A stretch of DNA of 64,000 nt from Octopus sinensis (taxonomy: Eukaryota): positions 14,756,001 to 14,820,000 of the forward strand of contig NC_043010.1 in the NCBI RefSeq assembly GCF_006345805.1, written 5' to 3'. The notes under the pieces were generated by a model. That model had not been told where the DNA came from. It worked only from the letters and a program-made list of their open reading frames with translations, and did no database searches. Of the stretch, positions 12,394-26,385 are shown in pieces. Positions within the stretch are counted from its first letter, which is position 1; every line of letters begins with the position of its first letter. Made by a program: the position numbers and the translations under genes.

Positions 12394-12711
12394 TTTATAT
12401 ATGTATATATATATGTGTGTGTGTGCGTGTGTGTGTGTGTGAGATTATTCTTAGGTGTATGCAAGATAGTAAAAAATTATTAAACGGTGGTTTCGTGGAG
12501 TCCCTTGTGTTATTTTGCCACCAGAGAATCATATAAGATCTGTTCTCAGTAATAGCTTACGCTGGATAAACTTAGACGCAGTGAGTAGGAGAGGAATATT
12601 GTACTTCGGAACTATCGATTAGTTTGACAACAGATTTCAGTTTTTTTGCCGACTGTTGAATAGTTAAATAATAGTTAAATAAGTGGCTGTGTGGTAAGTA
12701 GCTTTCTCACC

Positions 12712-14847
12712 GAACGGACGCGTTTTTTTTTCGCTCCGGCAAATGTCACGTTTTAACGTGAATTGTTGAACTTTTGACTCGACTACAGGTAGGCGTTTTG
12801 TATTTTTGGGAGCTTAGCGAAGTCTATTACTTGCATTTATGTTTTTTAGCATTTAATATTTTTTAGCAGATAATAAACTCCACTTTGCTCCAGATATAAT
12901 TTTTCTGCCTGTTGTCGAGCGTAAAGACTCACTTTGCAGTGAGAATTGTATTTTTAAAGCGGCGTAGTCCGTCTGCAAAAATTGTTTTTGAAATTGTCTT
13001 TGTGTTATCCACGGGAATTACCAAGGAGTACCAAGGATTATTTTATCAAGGTGTTTTACCAACTGTGCATTTGGCCTGGAATACAATTTTTAGGCCGAAA
13101 AAAGTGAAAACAAAAAAAAAAAAAGAAAAAATTAATTCCTTTGTCTGGATTTGAACTCTCTTTCTCCGTTTATCATTTAATTTTTTAAAAAAGAACTTTT
13201 TTTGAACTGCTATTTCTAATTTTATTTCTTCCCTTCTGTTGTATTTTTCATTCTCCTTTCTGTGTCTTATTTTATTTTATCACATTTTGAACTGTCTTTA
13301 AATCTTACGTTATGGCAAAGAAATTCACTGTGTGAGATTTGACACCTCCCAAAAAATATTTGAATGAGCTCCAGGAAAAGACCATGGTGCTGAGGACATA
13401 TTCGAAGTCGCTCGACACCATAGCAGTCTTTCCAAAGGCCACTATTGTTAACGAGCTGGCAGACTACATGCCAGCCGTTAAATACATCGCACGAGGAGTT
13501 AAATACGCAACGGTTTTGTTGCTATTTGACTCCCCTAAAGCAGCTTGCAAATTTGCAAGCCAGCCCATTGAGGGCAAACAAATATTGTTTCTCCCAAATT
13601 ACAAGGGAGAAAAATTGTTGAGAGCTTGGATCTGCGGCTTACCACCAGGCGTTGAGCCCGAGTGGATAGAGGACTCTATCCGCCGGGGCTTGGATGGTAG
13701 CAGTTCCAAGCTACTGAACGTAAAAGTACAGCCTGCGGCTGATTGGGAGGGATAAAGAGCTGTTTTGACCCTATGGACCCAGTCAGCCAAAAGTCTGGTT
13801 TTACCGGACTTTTTGAGGATGGCCGGGTACAGGTATCCGGTGATGCTTGAGGGACGCCCCCCCCCCAAGTGTCACCTGTGCCTGGAGCCTGGACATATCA
13901 AGAGGAAGTGTCCCGGTGGCCGTGGTGCTGCCCCGGAGCATGAAAAGGAAAAGGTGTCCGCTGCCCCCTCATTGGAAGGGGAGACGGTGGAAGTCGTGGA
14001 GGAGGTTGCCTTCACGAAAAGAAAGAGACAGGTTGCTTACCAAAGAACGTACAGACGGAGGAGGAGGATAGCGACCCCCCGTGTCTGCCGAAGGAGCCCC
14101 CGGGCTAGCAGCCTCTAAAAAAAAGAGGAAAAAAAAAAGAAAAAGAGGTCGGACGGCTGACGTTTCTGTGTCGCCGACGGAGCCACGGGTGGGACGTGTG
14201 CCACCCGCGGACAGTGCTCCGTCAGTGGAAAGTGTGCCACTGACGGATCAGTGTGAGGTCCCTTCCTGTGAAGAGGAGTTGTTTCTCCTCCTTTACCACA
14301 AGGGAGGGAAGGTGGAAAAGTTTTTGAATGGCTTGGGTGACCGAGAACGCAAGGACACGGTCAGCTCAAGGAGTCCGTTATGGCCTCCGTGGGTAGCTGC
14401 GGAGGTAGTAACGGAAAACATTTTGTCAAGGGTCACAAAGACCTTTGAGAGGAAACATTTTACTTTTCTCTTTGCAGGCCTCGACTTGTCGTCGCAGAGT
14501 TGTCTGCAGGCGGCAAGATAATTTGCTTCGGGGACCTGACAGGGAGAATTTTGTGAATTCATATACTGCCCTTGTGGCAAAAGAAATGAAAAAAAGAACT
14601 TTGTAAGAGGTTTTAGTGCCTCCTTCGTGTAAGAGGTTTGCGACCTCATGTCGATTTATTGAAACTAAAGAAAAAAGAAAATTGAACTTATTAAAAAAAG
14701 AACAATGTCTTAGAGAAGCGGAAGTCGGCGGGCGCTTTTTGACTTCTCCCATCACCATCTTCATCCACCACCACCATCATCCATTTATGTCTTTGTCCAG
14801 CCCGTAGCTACTCTGTGTACTGCCCTAGTGGCAAAATTGTTGAAATA
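12712..14847 (+). mobile_element. ORF1-only (HAL1-like) non-autonomous retroelement, probably Tx1/L1-related
   Basis: 16-bp TSD aagtagctttctcacc / aagtagcttgctaacc; 5' end cggacgcgttttttttt; 600-bp 5'UTR; zinc-knuckle ORF; no RT or EN; 3' end ...gaaata. Confidence 0.75.
13312..14521 (+). pseudogene. Gag-like ORF1 of about 400 codons with a CCHC knuckle
   Basis: ATG at 13312; in-frame stops at 13333 and 13753; one frameshift near 14040-14080; VMLEGRPPPK-CHLCLEPGHIKRKC (CX2CX4HX4C); basic tract KKKRKKKRKR. Confidence 0.75.
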
Positions 14848-14987
14848 AAGTAGCTTGCTAACCAACCACATGGTTCTGGGTTAAGTCCCACTGCGTGGCA
14901 CCTTGGGCAAGTGTCTTCTACTATAGCCTCGGACCGACCAAAGCCTTGTGAGTGGATTTGGTAGACGGAAACTGAAAGAAGCCCGTC

Positions 14988-15026
<39 letters not shown>

Positions 15027-15670
15027 TGTGTGTGTTTGTGTGTCTGTGTTTGTCCCCCTAGCGTTGCTTGACAACCGATGCTGGTGTGTTTATGTCTCCG
15101 TTACTTAGCGGTTCGGCAAAAGAGACCGATAGAATAAGTACTGGGCTTACAAAAGAATAAGTCCCGGGGTCGAGTTGCTCGATTAAAGGCGGTGCTCCAG
15201 CATGGCCGCAGTCAAATGACTGAAACAAGTAAAAGAGTAAAAGAGTACTGATGTTCTGCTCCGGCAAGTAGTCGAATATGGGCTGCGCAATGAGGAACAA
15301 AATAACATAAACGCTTCAGACATTTGTTGTTTATCGTAGAACGAGCTAAATATAAATAACTTGAGAATCATTAAGAATGGGTGAAGTGAGGTTAAACGGG
15401 TGAAGAGGGTGAAAATGGTGTACATATTATACATACATGCACATTCACAAACACATGTATATATATACACACACACACATATACATAGATACAAAAATCA
15501 ATGAGAGGAGGAAATACATTCGTGGGTTTGACTGTTCTGAAAATATCTTTTTTAATATTTGCATGGCTATTGTTCTAAGGTATCGCTCTAAGACCTGTTA
15601 CTTACTACCTAGCGAGCCTTCACAAAAGTAAGAGAGTGTGAGAGAGAGAGAGAGAGAAAGAGATAGGTAG

Positions 15671-15704
<34 letters not shown>

Positions 15705-15870
15705 AAAGAACGAAAATGTCCTGACTATTTGAAAATAATTTTAAAATATTTTAAAAAACATTTCGTTTAATTGTTTTTCATGCTTTACTCTAAGTTGAAA
15801 AGGTCGCAAAGGCTGAAACCGGTACTAAAATATTCTTCATGATAAAATTATTTTCTACCTGTCCTATTGT

Positions 15871-15923
<53 letters not shown>

Positions 15924-15962
15924 ATATGTATATATATGTATATATATGTATGTATGTATGTA

Positions 15963-16036
<74 letters not shown>

Positions 16037-17233
16037 ATGCATATAAATCTCTATCTATCTATATATATCTATCTAACTATATATATATGTGAGAAAAATA
16101 AGAAAATAGAGATTAATCAATTAATAATTATATTTATTCGTTGCAAAAATAGACATAATCTCTGACAGCTGTTTCGATTCAGACTTTAAAGATCCTAATT
16201 GAAATAATTAAATCATTATAAAGTAGAATCTCGTTGGAGGTAGAAAAAAATGTATACCATTACATTTTTATGTGTTAAGTGTACGGAACATTTCAGCTGA
16301 GTATTGTTTTATGGATAAACTTGGTACAGACCTTATAAGGGGGGAGAATGTATATTTAGAAAGAAAGTAAATATATAATATACTCTGTGTAACCATTAAA
16401 CAGTATTAGGATAAATAATATATAGTAAATAACTGTGTATGTAAGTATCATATTAATATTGGAGTAAATATGTTTATACAAATTTAAGTAATAAGGGTGT
16501 ATAAATTCGTAAGTAAAAATAAGAAATGGATAGAGTTATAGATATATTCATATATATTTGAATGCATATATAAATATAAATACATTCAAATATTTATAAA
16601 TATATAAAAATATATGAAAATTTTTTAAAATGGACGCGTAAATTATCTCATCTTGCATATGTACTTATATATTTATACTCTCAGACATAATAAATTCATG
16701 TAAATATCTGTACAGAAATCATATGCAAAAAAATTGTATAAATATGTAATTGTGTAATGTGTTGTTAGTTAGATTTACACATAAATATTTACTTATGTTC
16801 AATAATAATGCAGCAGTAAATAAATAAATAAAAAATGTATTTATTATACGTATATATTTTGGTAATAAAACCTGACACCCCTAAATCTATTTTATATTAA
16901 TCAAATAAGTTAAAGAGAATCTATTGGGTTTATATTTTAAAAATATATTACGTTTGATTTCTTTGGGGGATCGTTAACGGTAACGTAAAATATAATAAAT
17001 AAGAAAGAAAGAAAGAAAGAAAGAAAGATGAAAGAACAGAGTTAATATGTTATGTGTATAAAATAAGAAAGCAAGGAAAAATCTGTTTATCAAAGCAAAA
17101 ATTGTATAGTTTTTTTTAAAGTTTGGGGATAGAATGCTTATGTGTGCAAAAAAATAATATATTCTTTCGGTGGAATACCCTCTACATAATCTTAGACACG
17201 AAAGACATAATTCTTGTTTACATATGAGAAAAT

Positions 17234-17390
17234 ATTAATGTGATATGAGCACAATATGATGAGAGGAAAAAAGATGTACATTTGGATGTTATATGCGTGC
17301 TTATGAATTCATTTTAGTCTCCTAAAATGATTTCATAAGCAAATGTACATATTTGTTCCTCGAATGATATTGTGCTCATGTCACATTAAT
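17234..17390. mobile_element. 157-bp hairpin MITE-like element
   Basis: About 55-bp imperfect inverted arms attaatgtgatatgagcacaatat... / ...atattgtgctcatgtcacattaat. Confidence 0.6.
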
Positions 17391-17647
17391 GTAAAGTTAA
17401 AGTTTATTGAGCTTTAATTGAAACGGCTGTAAGTGATGATTACGAATTTGCAGTTAATAATAAACACTTATTAACTTCTTAATCTCCATTTTCCTTTCTT
17501 CTTTTAAATGAATATAAACTATATGTTTTTATATATATCTATTACTTTAAGGAAATTCATTCCTCCCAGATACTAGCTATTGAACCAGTATTTCTTTGTT
17601 TGGATAAAGCCATGCCTTCATGAGGTTTGCATATCCTCTAATAATAT

Positions 17648-17704
<57 letters not shown>

Positions 17705-17714
17705 TATATATATA

Positions 17715-17836
17715 GGGAGAGTTTACGAAAAAAACAAAAGACGAAGACAGGTGGTGTACAAAACAAACAGATGTATTAGTATACGCTCAGGAATAGAAAA
17801 AGTGTTTTATGTTTTGAGCCTACGCTTTTCTACAGA
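17715..17836 (-). repeat. (TA)n-embedded interspersed repeat, copy 1
   Basis: Reverse complement matches 53600-53722. Confidence 0.8.
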
Positions 17837-17944
17837 ATATATATATATATATATATATACATAGTGAGGCAGAGAGACATACATAGATTGATAGATATTC
17901 ATAAATACACACATACACACTCACACGCACACACACACACGCAC

Positions 17945-18023
<79 letters not shown>

Positions 18024-19065
18024 GCATGTATGAATGAAACAACAGTTTGGTATTTGGTATCCAATAAGCGTAGACATTCGCAATCACGCAAAATAATCAC
18101 AGAATACCGATGCGTGATTTTATGAGTTGTGCGCGGAGATAATGCACTCCTACCGACCACATGAATTTTCTTAGCCATAACAATATATTTTCCCCTTGAG
18201 TTAGTGTAACAGCGTTTTTAAAGAAGTTCCATTCGTCTTCATTAAAAAACATCCCTAACGTTCGTACTTAAATACTTTGATGCATTTTATTATCTTGCCA
18301 CTAGGAGTCTTATGATATAAAACACTCCCGTATCATCTATCTTAATATTGATATCTGGTTTTGTGAAAATGGCGATTCGTCTAATTTGCAACATTTCTTT
18401 ACGCAGGGATACGAGATAAATATATTTTAGGATTTTACAGTAGGTTGTCAAACTCTATTTTTGAACGGATTCACTGCAATTCCTTGACGTTTTAAAGCAT
18501 GAATTCCGTGGAATTATTTAACTAAGATTATAGCCAAAAAAAAAAAAGAAAGGTGGAGTACCTAGTTAACTGTTAATACTACAAAAAAAAACTCTGCCCC
18601 AAACTAGAAAGCAAAATTATTTCTAATCAAATAATGACCACATCGCCCGTCCCAGTGACTTCCTCTCTCATTCTCTCCCTCCCTTCCGCAGTCTCTTTCA
18701 CTTTTTTCTCTCCCATGATCTCTGTCTCTCTCGCTCTATATCTGTATCTTTGGTTTAACATAGATTTTTGATAAAATCAATTTAACATGCAGCTAAAAAA
18801 TTTATACGTGTTTGTAGAGTACATATTTATCATAACTTTACAAGAAGGCTGGAGGGTGATTTTGAAGCTTCGGTCTGCTAGGCTATATATATATATAAAG
18901 ACACATACATGCACACACACACACTCACTCACACACACATGAAAGTATATATATATATGTATATATGTATATATATGTATATATGTTTATATATGTATAT
19001 ATATGTATATATATGAATATATACATACATATATATATTTATATATGTATATATATATATGCATG

Positions 19066-19111
<46 letters not shown>

Positions 19112-20609
19112 TATACGTATATATATATATATGTATATATACATATATATATAACATATATACATATATATACATATATATAACATCAAAATAAGCAACA
19201 AGGATATCCAAAGGTCATGCAGTACGATTGTTTCACGCAACTCCATTTAATTGAACAATATAGAGCAATCCTTAGCTGCACAAAGACATAGAATTTAATT
19301 AAATTAAAACAGATGGATACATTAGTATAATTTTATTTGTTTTAGGAATTCTCAATAAATTATGAATACGCAAATTATGAAGTCAGTTATGTAATAACAT
19401 GAAATTAGTTACCCGATAGCAAAAATTCAAATAAAATAGCCTCGAAAAGGGATTTAATGCGTTCCCAGAGTATATAGAATACAGGACGAAATACTAATAA
19501 GGTATGTATACTAAAATCGTGAAGTATATTATGTAATAACAGGTTAATCAGTTATGAGGTAATAACAATTCAAAGTAAATAACTCTGAAAAGGGCTTTTG
19601 TGTGTTCCCAGAGAATATTACTCTCATGGAAACCTTTTTGTCCAATTTGGCAGAGGAAATGAAAAGAACTTTAAATTTTGGTCGGCGTCATGCTGAAGCT
19701 TCATGTTACAATCCCGCACAGCACCTAGCCATGTGCGTGTGTCCGCGGGTGGGTAAAAGGTACAACAGACCGACCCATTCATCCATTCTCCAGAAGTGTC
19801 CTGTTGATGTTTCACGATTCCAATCCTGTGCAACGTGGCATGGCCCTGCTGCATGTCTGCTTTCTATGTGCAATACAAAAGGTTCATACAAAAAAAAAAA
19901 AAAAACCAAGCAAACTGCTGTTCTGACTCACAGCCATTTGAGTTTGACCGCGTAACCACTTCCGGAAGCTACGCTCTCCACCTGAAATTAGTCCCCCACC
20001 CCTGTGTTCCCTCCCCCGTTTTGTCGAACGATTAATTATAGGGTGTATAAGAATTAATGATAATTTGAGTGAAATTGGATGCATTTTTTTAAAACTCCCT
20101 TTTTTAAAAAATCAATTTTATTTACGTTTACAATGTGTTAAAAGTGTATAAATTTTGTATTTTCAATGTTTTCTATTTTCAAAGTAATTGATTTTCAAAG
20201 CAGTTTTCATTATTTCTGATATAAGTTCGGATCTAGAATCCTAAAAAGGGCATTCTTCTTTGGGTTTTTTTTGTGTAACTGATCATTTATCTAACTTTGT
20301 AAAAAAAAGGGAACATTTTGAATTTTCATTTCGCACAAATGTCTACGTTCATTACATGGAATATCTTTAAGAGATGGATATTTGATTTGTTTGTTTTTTA
20401 TGCACTCTAATCTACTCTATTAAATTTGTTAAAAAAATTGGGGCTGACTCGTTCGACCCATATTATTCAAGGTGGTGCCCCAGCATAACCGCTGTTTACT
20501 AGCTGAGACAAGTGAAAGAAAGGTAAAAGGAAGATAAAGAAACAAGCGAGAGGCACCTGACCGTTCTTTGTTTGAATATGTTGGCTTAAAAAGCAGTAGT
20601 AAAAATATA

Positions 20610-20845
20610 TATTTCTTTACTACCCACAAGGGGCTAAACACAGAGGGGACAAACAAGCTCAGACAAAGGAATTGAGTCGATTACATCAACCCAGTGCGTA
20701 ACTGGTACTTTATTTATCGACCCCGGAAGGATGAAAGGCAAAGGCAAAGTCGACCTCGGCGTAATTTGAACTCAGAACGTAACGACAGACGAAATACGGC
20801 TACGCATTTCGCCCGGCGCGCTGACGTTTCTGCCAGCTCGCCGCC
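20610..20845 (-). mobile_element. SINE-A monomer
   Basis: Family consensus match. Confidence 0.9.
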
Positions 20846-21653
20846 TAGCGCAAAAAGGAAGTTAACTAAATAACTTATTGTACTTAGTCACTCCAGCTGA
20901 GTCCACTTGGATCGACTTTACCATTTGTCCCCTGAAGATCGATGAAAATGATATCCGGAGTATGTAAGGAGTCAGTTCGATCGGTTGTTATTTCCCACTT
21001 TTTACAAATGTGCGTCCTTTCTGCTAGAGTGAATAATCAATAGTTATTTTGGATCGAAGTGACTGTCAAAACGTGATTTATATATAGCACAAATTTAGCC
21101 TTTCGCACTCAACGTCTTCTGTTTTATTTTCGTCTTTTATTTTTAGTCTCTTCAAGCTAATAATATAATTCACTCTTACCGCCTTTTCCTACCATCCAAT
21201 GTATACAACCATGAAATTATTAGGTGCCACATGTTTTCTTCATGAGTTGCTCATTTAGCGCATTTCAGAAATTACTGAAGCTAAGAAGTTCAAATATATA
21301 TATTTTTCCATCAATTGCATTACGAAGCAAAATGAAAACAAATCGAACGTCAAAACTATAGATCTCGAGAAAATTAAATTTAGGGTCCCTGAGAACCCAA
21401 ATTGAATTTTCTTGAACGAATTAATCGAAAGTTGTTAAATTCAATGTTAGAACAATGAGATCGAGTTTCGATCTTGTTCTAACAATATTAAGAAGGCAAA
21501 TCTCTCAAAGAGATCTCTTTGCGAACAAAGGTAGAAGTAAAAGGAAAATCGTTTTTCACATTGAACCTGGAAGTGAGTATTATTAGATGTATTATGATGG
21601 TAAGATAAAGAAGCTGTAGCTAATGGTTGAAGCTATAACGGAGGAGCTCCACA

Positions 21654-22085
21654 TCATCATCATCATCATTGTTCGACCGTGGTCGAGACAATGGAATTTA
21701 CTATGCTACGCCAGACTTCACGGTCCATCATAGCATTACGGAGGTCCTGTTGCTGGATGCCTGTATCCCTGGAGATTACACCAGGGTAGGAGAGTGTGTG
21801 CCCTCTGGTATCGCGAGTAGATGGCTTCCAGAGGAGAAGAGTAGAAATTGCTTCGTTTTCAGCTCTACAGCAATGTCCAGCAAACTGGACTCTTCTACCT
21901 TTCACAATAGATGATACAGGTGGTAGTTTCCCATATATTTGCATTTTGGTAGGATGACGCTTCCACGAGAGATTTTGAGCTCTCATAAGGAGGAGAGTGT
22001 AGGTTCCATCCAACCGCCTCTCAAGCTTCTTTGATAACGTCCAGGTTTCTGAGCCATATAGTAGAATTGGTTCGACTGTGGCTTT
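21654..22085 (-). mobile_element. 5'-truncated RTE/RTEX-group LINE 3' end
   Basis: ATVEPILLYGSETWTL..RRVQFAGHCCR..DREVWR open to the stop; (TGA)n tail; 10-bp TSD gagctccaca at 21644-21653 / 22086-22095. Confidence 0.9.
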
Positions 22086-22788
22086 GAGCTCCACACTCTA
22101 CGTGAAAGTGGGTGTTTCCATACAATGTTAGCCAAGTTAATTTGGTCGGAGAGGAATCCTCTACAGGGTCACTCAAGATGCTAGAAATCGCAGTTAAATG
22201 CTTTACAACTAACATATCATAATCAGAAAACAGGATGTATATGACTGAACGGCTATGGTCTGATTGCTTTCGGTCGTAGATCTGCTCAGTTAGGACAGAT
22301 TTTGAGCTAAATAATAACAAAAACAAAACTAATTAGCGCAAAAATAACTACAAGGAGCCGAACCTAGAGATATTCGCTTGTGACAAACTGACATCATTAG
22401 ACAAGATTCGGATTGGCTCACAATACCATATTTAACGGCTCATAAGGTGTATCTTTTCTTCTAAATAGTTCCAAAACAATCACACTGTGTCCCACATGCA
22501 AATTTGGTGGTGGTGGTGGTGATGGGGATATATTACATGTATTAATACACTGCTGAAATTGGGACGCATCTACTATACCCGTGCATTTTTTATTCCACTA
22601 CTTGTAGTATATTCCACCACCTTTTTGTGACTAACTCTCACGAATGATACAGAGTCAAAAACATAATCTACTGAGATTAGTGCTCTCTCATTATACAGCC
22701 TTAGTATGAAAAGTTGGATTCTCCAGCTGGAGCATTGACTCTTGATCTAGTATCGAGAAAGATGAACACGAAACTTGGGAAGGCAAAG

Positions 22789-23188
22789 GTGGTGAGTTGG
22801 CAGAAACTTTAGCACGCCGGGTGAAATGCTTAGCGGTATCTCGTCTTTCTTTACGTCTTGAGTTCAAATTCCGCCGAGGTCGACTTTGCCCTTCATCCTT
22901 TCGGGGTCGATAAATTAAGTACCAGTTACGCACTGGGGTCGATGTAATCGACTTAATCCGTTTGCCCTCTCTGTGTTTAGCCCCTTGTGGGTAGTAAAGA
23001 AATAGGTATTTTGTCGGTCTTTACGTCCTGAGTTCAAATTCTGCCGAGGTCGACTTTGCCTTTCATCCTTTCGTGGTCGATAAATTAAGTACCAGTTTCG
23101 CACTGGGGTTGATGTAATCGACTTAATCCCTTTGTCTGTCCTTGTTTGTCACCTCTATGTTTAGCCCCTTGTGGGCAATAAAGAAATA
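22789..23188 (+). mobile_element. SINE-A tandem dimer
   Basis: The second unit starts at ggtatt (23005); 19-bp TSD gaaact[t/a]gggaaggcaaag. Confidence 0.9.
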
Positions 23189-23528
23189 AGAAACTAGGGA
23201 AGGCAAAGTTTCATGCAGCTCACACTCCAGTCAATCTAGAAAACTGGATTGACAAGTACTAGCATTTCTGACCGGATGGTAACTGCCATCTACAAAATGG
23301 AATTGATGGGACTGCTGATTCTGGGTCGTGGAGAAGGTTGAATATATTTTAGGTTGAATAAGCGTTAGGCCACAACACCGATGTATATACCCAATCGGTG
23401 GCTTCGTTAATCGATAGCCAGCATTCATCGCAGAGAAATAAATTAACGGCACCGAAGCACCAAGAAAAGGAAAAAAAAAAGAGGTTTGGATATCTAATGC
23501 ATCATGTTTTCCTTTCTCTTTTATAACG

Positions 23529-23929
23529 TTAGTAGCAGTATCGCCCGGCGTTGCTCGGGTTTGTAAGGGAAATAACTATATAAGCATTTTTAGAGATGTA
23601 AGGTATAATAGCCATCTCAATATGGCTAACCACAAAGGGGGGGGTTGTTACTGTAGCTTTTTACGTTCTGAGATTTAATAATAAATTTTTAGAGAGTTAC
23701 TTCCCTTATATATGCCAAAAATGCATTAAAAATGGGAAAAATTGATGGTAATTTTTTTTTTAAATCGTAGACTCATCGTAGACGCGCGCTAATACCCAGA
23801 AGGGTTCGATATGAATCACGACTATAAGATACCCGCTTTTGGTTAAACTGCACCGCAAAATGTGGGAGTAGTTAGGAATCTAAATCGTAGGAGACAGACA
23901 GCACACAACCTCTCTTTTATATATAAAGA
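23529..23929 (-). mobile_element. Non-autonomous Helitron (about 400 bp)
   Basis: Minus strand begins a|TC tttatatat and ends with hairpin cccgagcaacgccggg followed by ...ctactaa (CTAG-like). No TSD. Confidence 0.7.
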
Positions 23930-24922
23930 TATGTATCTAGACAATAGCATCTTTTCATTGTAGTTATTTCGATTATTCCGAGTGCACTTATTATTTGGGG
24001 GATTCTTTCTGTTTTCAATTCCGCTTGAATTATACTTCGAATTTATTTGGACAATAAGTATACAACTATGGTAGGTTAACTCTACGGGGTATATAATGAA
24101 AGAAGTTGAAATTAATTTACTGAAAAACGAAACGAAATGGAAACACTTTCACTTGCTTATCGTTACACAATCATGGCTTTAAAATATTTGTAATATGTAA
24201 TGTATATAATATTACGGAGATGTACTTGCATAGCAAGTGAATGCAGCACGGATTTTTGTCAGTGAACAGGTCGCGGTCTTATAGCGACGAAAATATTTTG
24301 ACAAATTAAACTTAAATGTTGAAGTGAATCGAACGGCTTTTGTGTGTTTCTTAAATGGCTTACAAACACCTTCCACGCTGCAATTGAATGTATATAATAG
24401 TTATTTGAGAAAAATAAATTAAAATGCTAGCCATATATGCAGCTATAATAGGAGAATAAAGTACATTCAAATATTAATGACATACGTAGATATAATATTT
24501 ATTTGTATGAAAACATATTCAAATGTGAATATAATAGTTAGTAGTTAAAAAGACGTTAGATTGGCAGATCCGTTAAAGCCTTGTGGTTTTCGTTCCAGGT
24601 ATTTCTATCCTGATTTAAAATCCTGCCGAGAGCTCAACTCTTCGTCCATTTCGGAGTCAGTGTATAAGGTCCAATCAAGTAACCATTGCAAGCCATCACA
24701 TAGCAGTTTGAACTTCTGTTGGCCAATGCAAGAAAAGATGAGATGGACCGAGGGAAAAATCTATTGCTGTAGTTTTGAAGAGGCTTGTCTATTTTCACTG
24801 TCTCTAATGATGAAAACACAAGTACCTCAAAATCTATGAGAATTTTGCATACGTTAGTACTGTAACTAAAGCCACTATAACAAAGTCTGTAGATTCCGGA
24901 AAATATGGAAGTTGGAATTGTA

Positions 24923-25343
24923 GGCGCAGGAGTGGCTGTGTGGTAAGTAGCTTGCTTACCAACCACATGGTTCCGAGTTCAGTCCCACTGCGTGGCACCT
25001 TGGGCAAGTGTCTTCGGCTATAGCCCCGGGCCGACCAATGCCTTGTGAGTGGATTTGGTAGACGGAAACTGAAAGAAGCCTGTCGTATATATGTATATAT
25101 ATATATATGTTTGTGTGTGTGTGTTTGTGTGTCTGTGTTTGTCCCCCCTGTCATTGCTTGACAACCGATGCTGGTGTGTTTACGTCCCCGTCACTTAGCG
25201 GTTCGGCAAAAGAGACCGATAGAATAAGTACTGGGCTTACAAAGAATAAGTCCCGGAGTCTATTTGCTCGACTAAAGGCGGTGCTCCAGAATGGCCGCAG
25301 TCAAATGACTGAAACAAGTAAAAGAGTAAAAGAGTAAAGAGTA
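24923..25343 (+). mobile_element. Full-length SINE-B
   Basis: Head ggcgcaggagtggctgtgtgg, B-box agttcagtccc, internal (TA)(TG) tract, tail (aaagagt)n. Confidence 0.9.
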
Positions 25344-25689
25344 TATTTAACAATGCTTTTGCAGTACCAGTGCTAGCACCAGTATTTGGGATATTGGACT
25401 GGATACTCGTCGAGATACATAGCTTGGATGTCAAATTCAGGAAGGTACTGACTACCGTTGGCAACTTACGCATCAATAGCGAGACCGATAGCATCTATAT
25501 TGAGATAAGTGGTGGCGGTAGAGGCATAAGGTCTGTCCAAACAGCCCTTGGATGTCACATTGTATCACTCAGACAACACCCACTGAACAGTATAAAGAAA
25601 GAAGTGAGTACATTCCATGCATGCACAAAAGTGAGAGCAACATCCAGAGCTGGAGAACTACTCATGCAGGTACTCTGAGAATACAAAAA

Positions 25690-25920
25690 GGCGGCGAGCT
25701 GGCAGAAAAGTTAGCACACCGGGCGAAATGCGTAGCCGTATTTCGTCTGCCGTTATGTTCTGAGTTCAAATTACGCCGAGGTCGACTTTGCCTTTCATCC
25801 TTTCGGGGTCGATTAAATAAGTACCAGTTACGCACTGGGGTCGATACAATCGACTTAATCCGTTTGTCTGTCCTTGTTTGTCCTCTCTGTGTTTAGCCCC
25901 TTGTGGGTAGTAAAGAAATA
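25690..25920 (+). mobile_element. SINE-A monomer with TSD
   Basis: TSD ggtactctgagaatacaa at 25669-25686 / 25921-25938. Confidence 0.92.
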
Positions 25921-26385
25921 GGTACTCTGAGAATACAACTGTCTCAAGTGATCTAAAAGATGTTGAACCTGTCTACCAAAAACGTAAGCTTGGAGGACAA
26001 GCAGGCATCATGCCAGGAAAAAATCAATGCATGGGCACATATCCCGTAAGCTAGGGGGCAACAACAGCATTGACAGGAAGAGTAACCTCTCCTGGGCCTG
26101 GGACAGATACATTACAACCCACCTAGAAGGTTTATGCCTTCGCTAACCATGAACAGGAGACAGCTACTAAATACCTCATAAACAAGAGAGACAAAAATAT
26201 CAACAAAACTCCACGTTGTGATAAAAATATCGGCTCTGTAATACTAGTGTGGAAGATATCATGCTCATCATCATCAGCTGCCCCAAATTGTCTACGAGAT
26301 ACTACATAACCCTGGGCATGATATCACTGCAAAGACTAATTACAATGCAATCCGCAGGAAGGGCTCCCTTGGCGTATACATTAAA

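Larger units (their letters stand above)
12683..15247 (+). mobile_element. SINE-B split by a 2.1-kb insertion (head 12683-12711, remainder 14848-15247)
   Basis: gtggctgtgtggtaagtagctt at 12683 resumes as aagtagcttgctaaccaaccacatgg at 14848, followed by the complete SINE-B body and its aaagagta tail. Confidence 0.85.
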
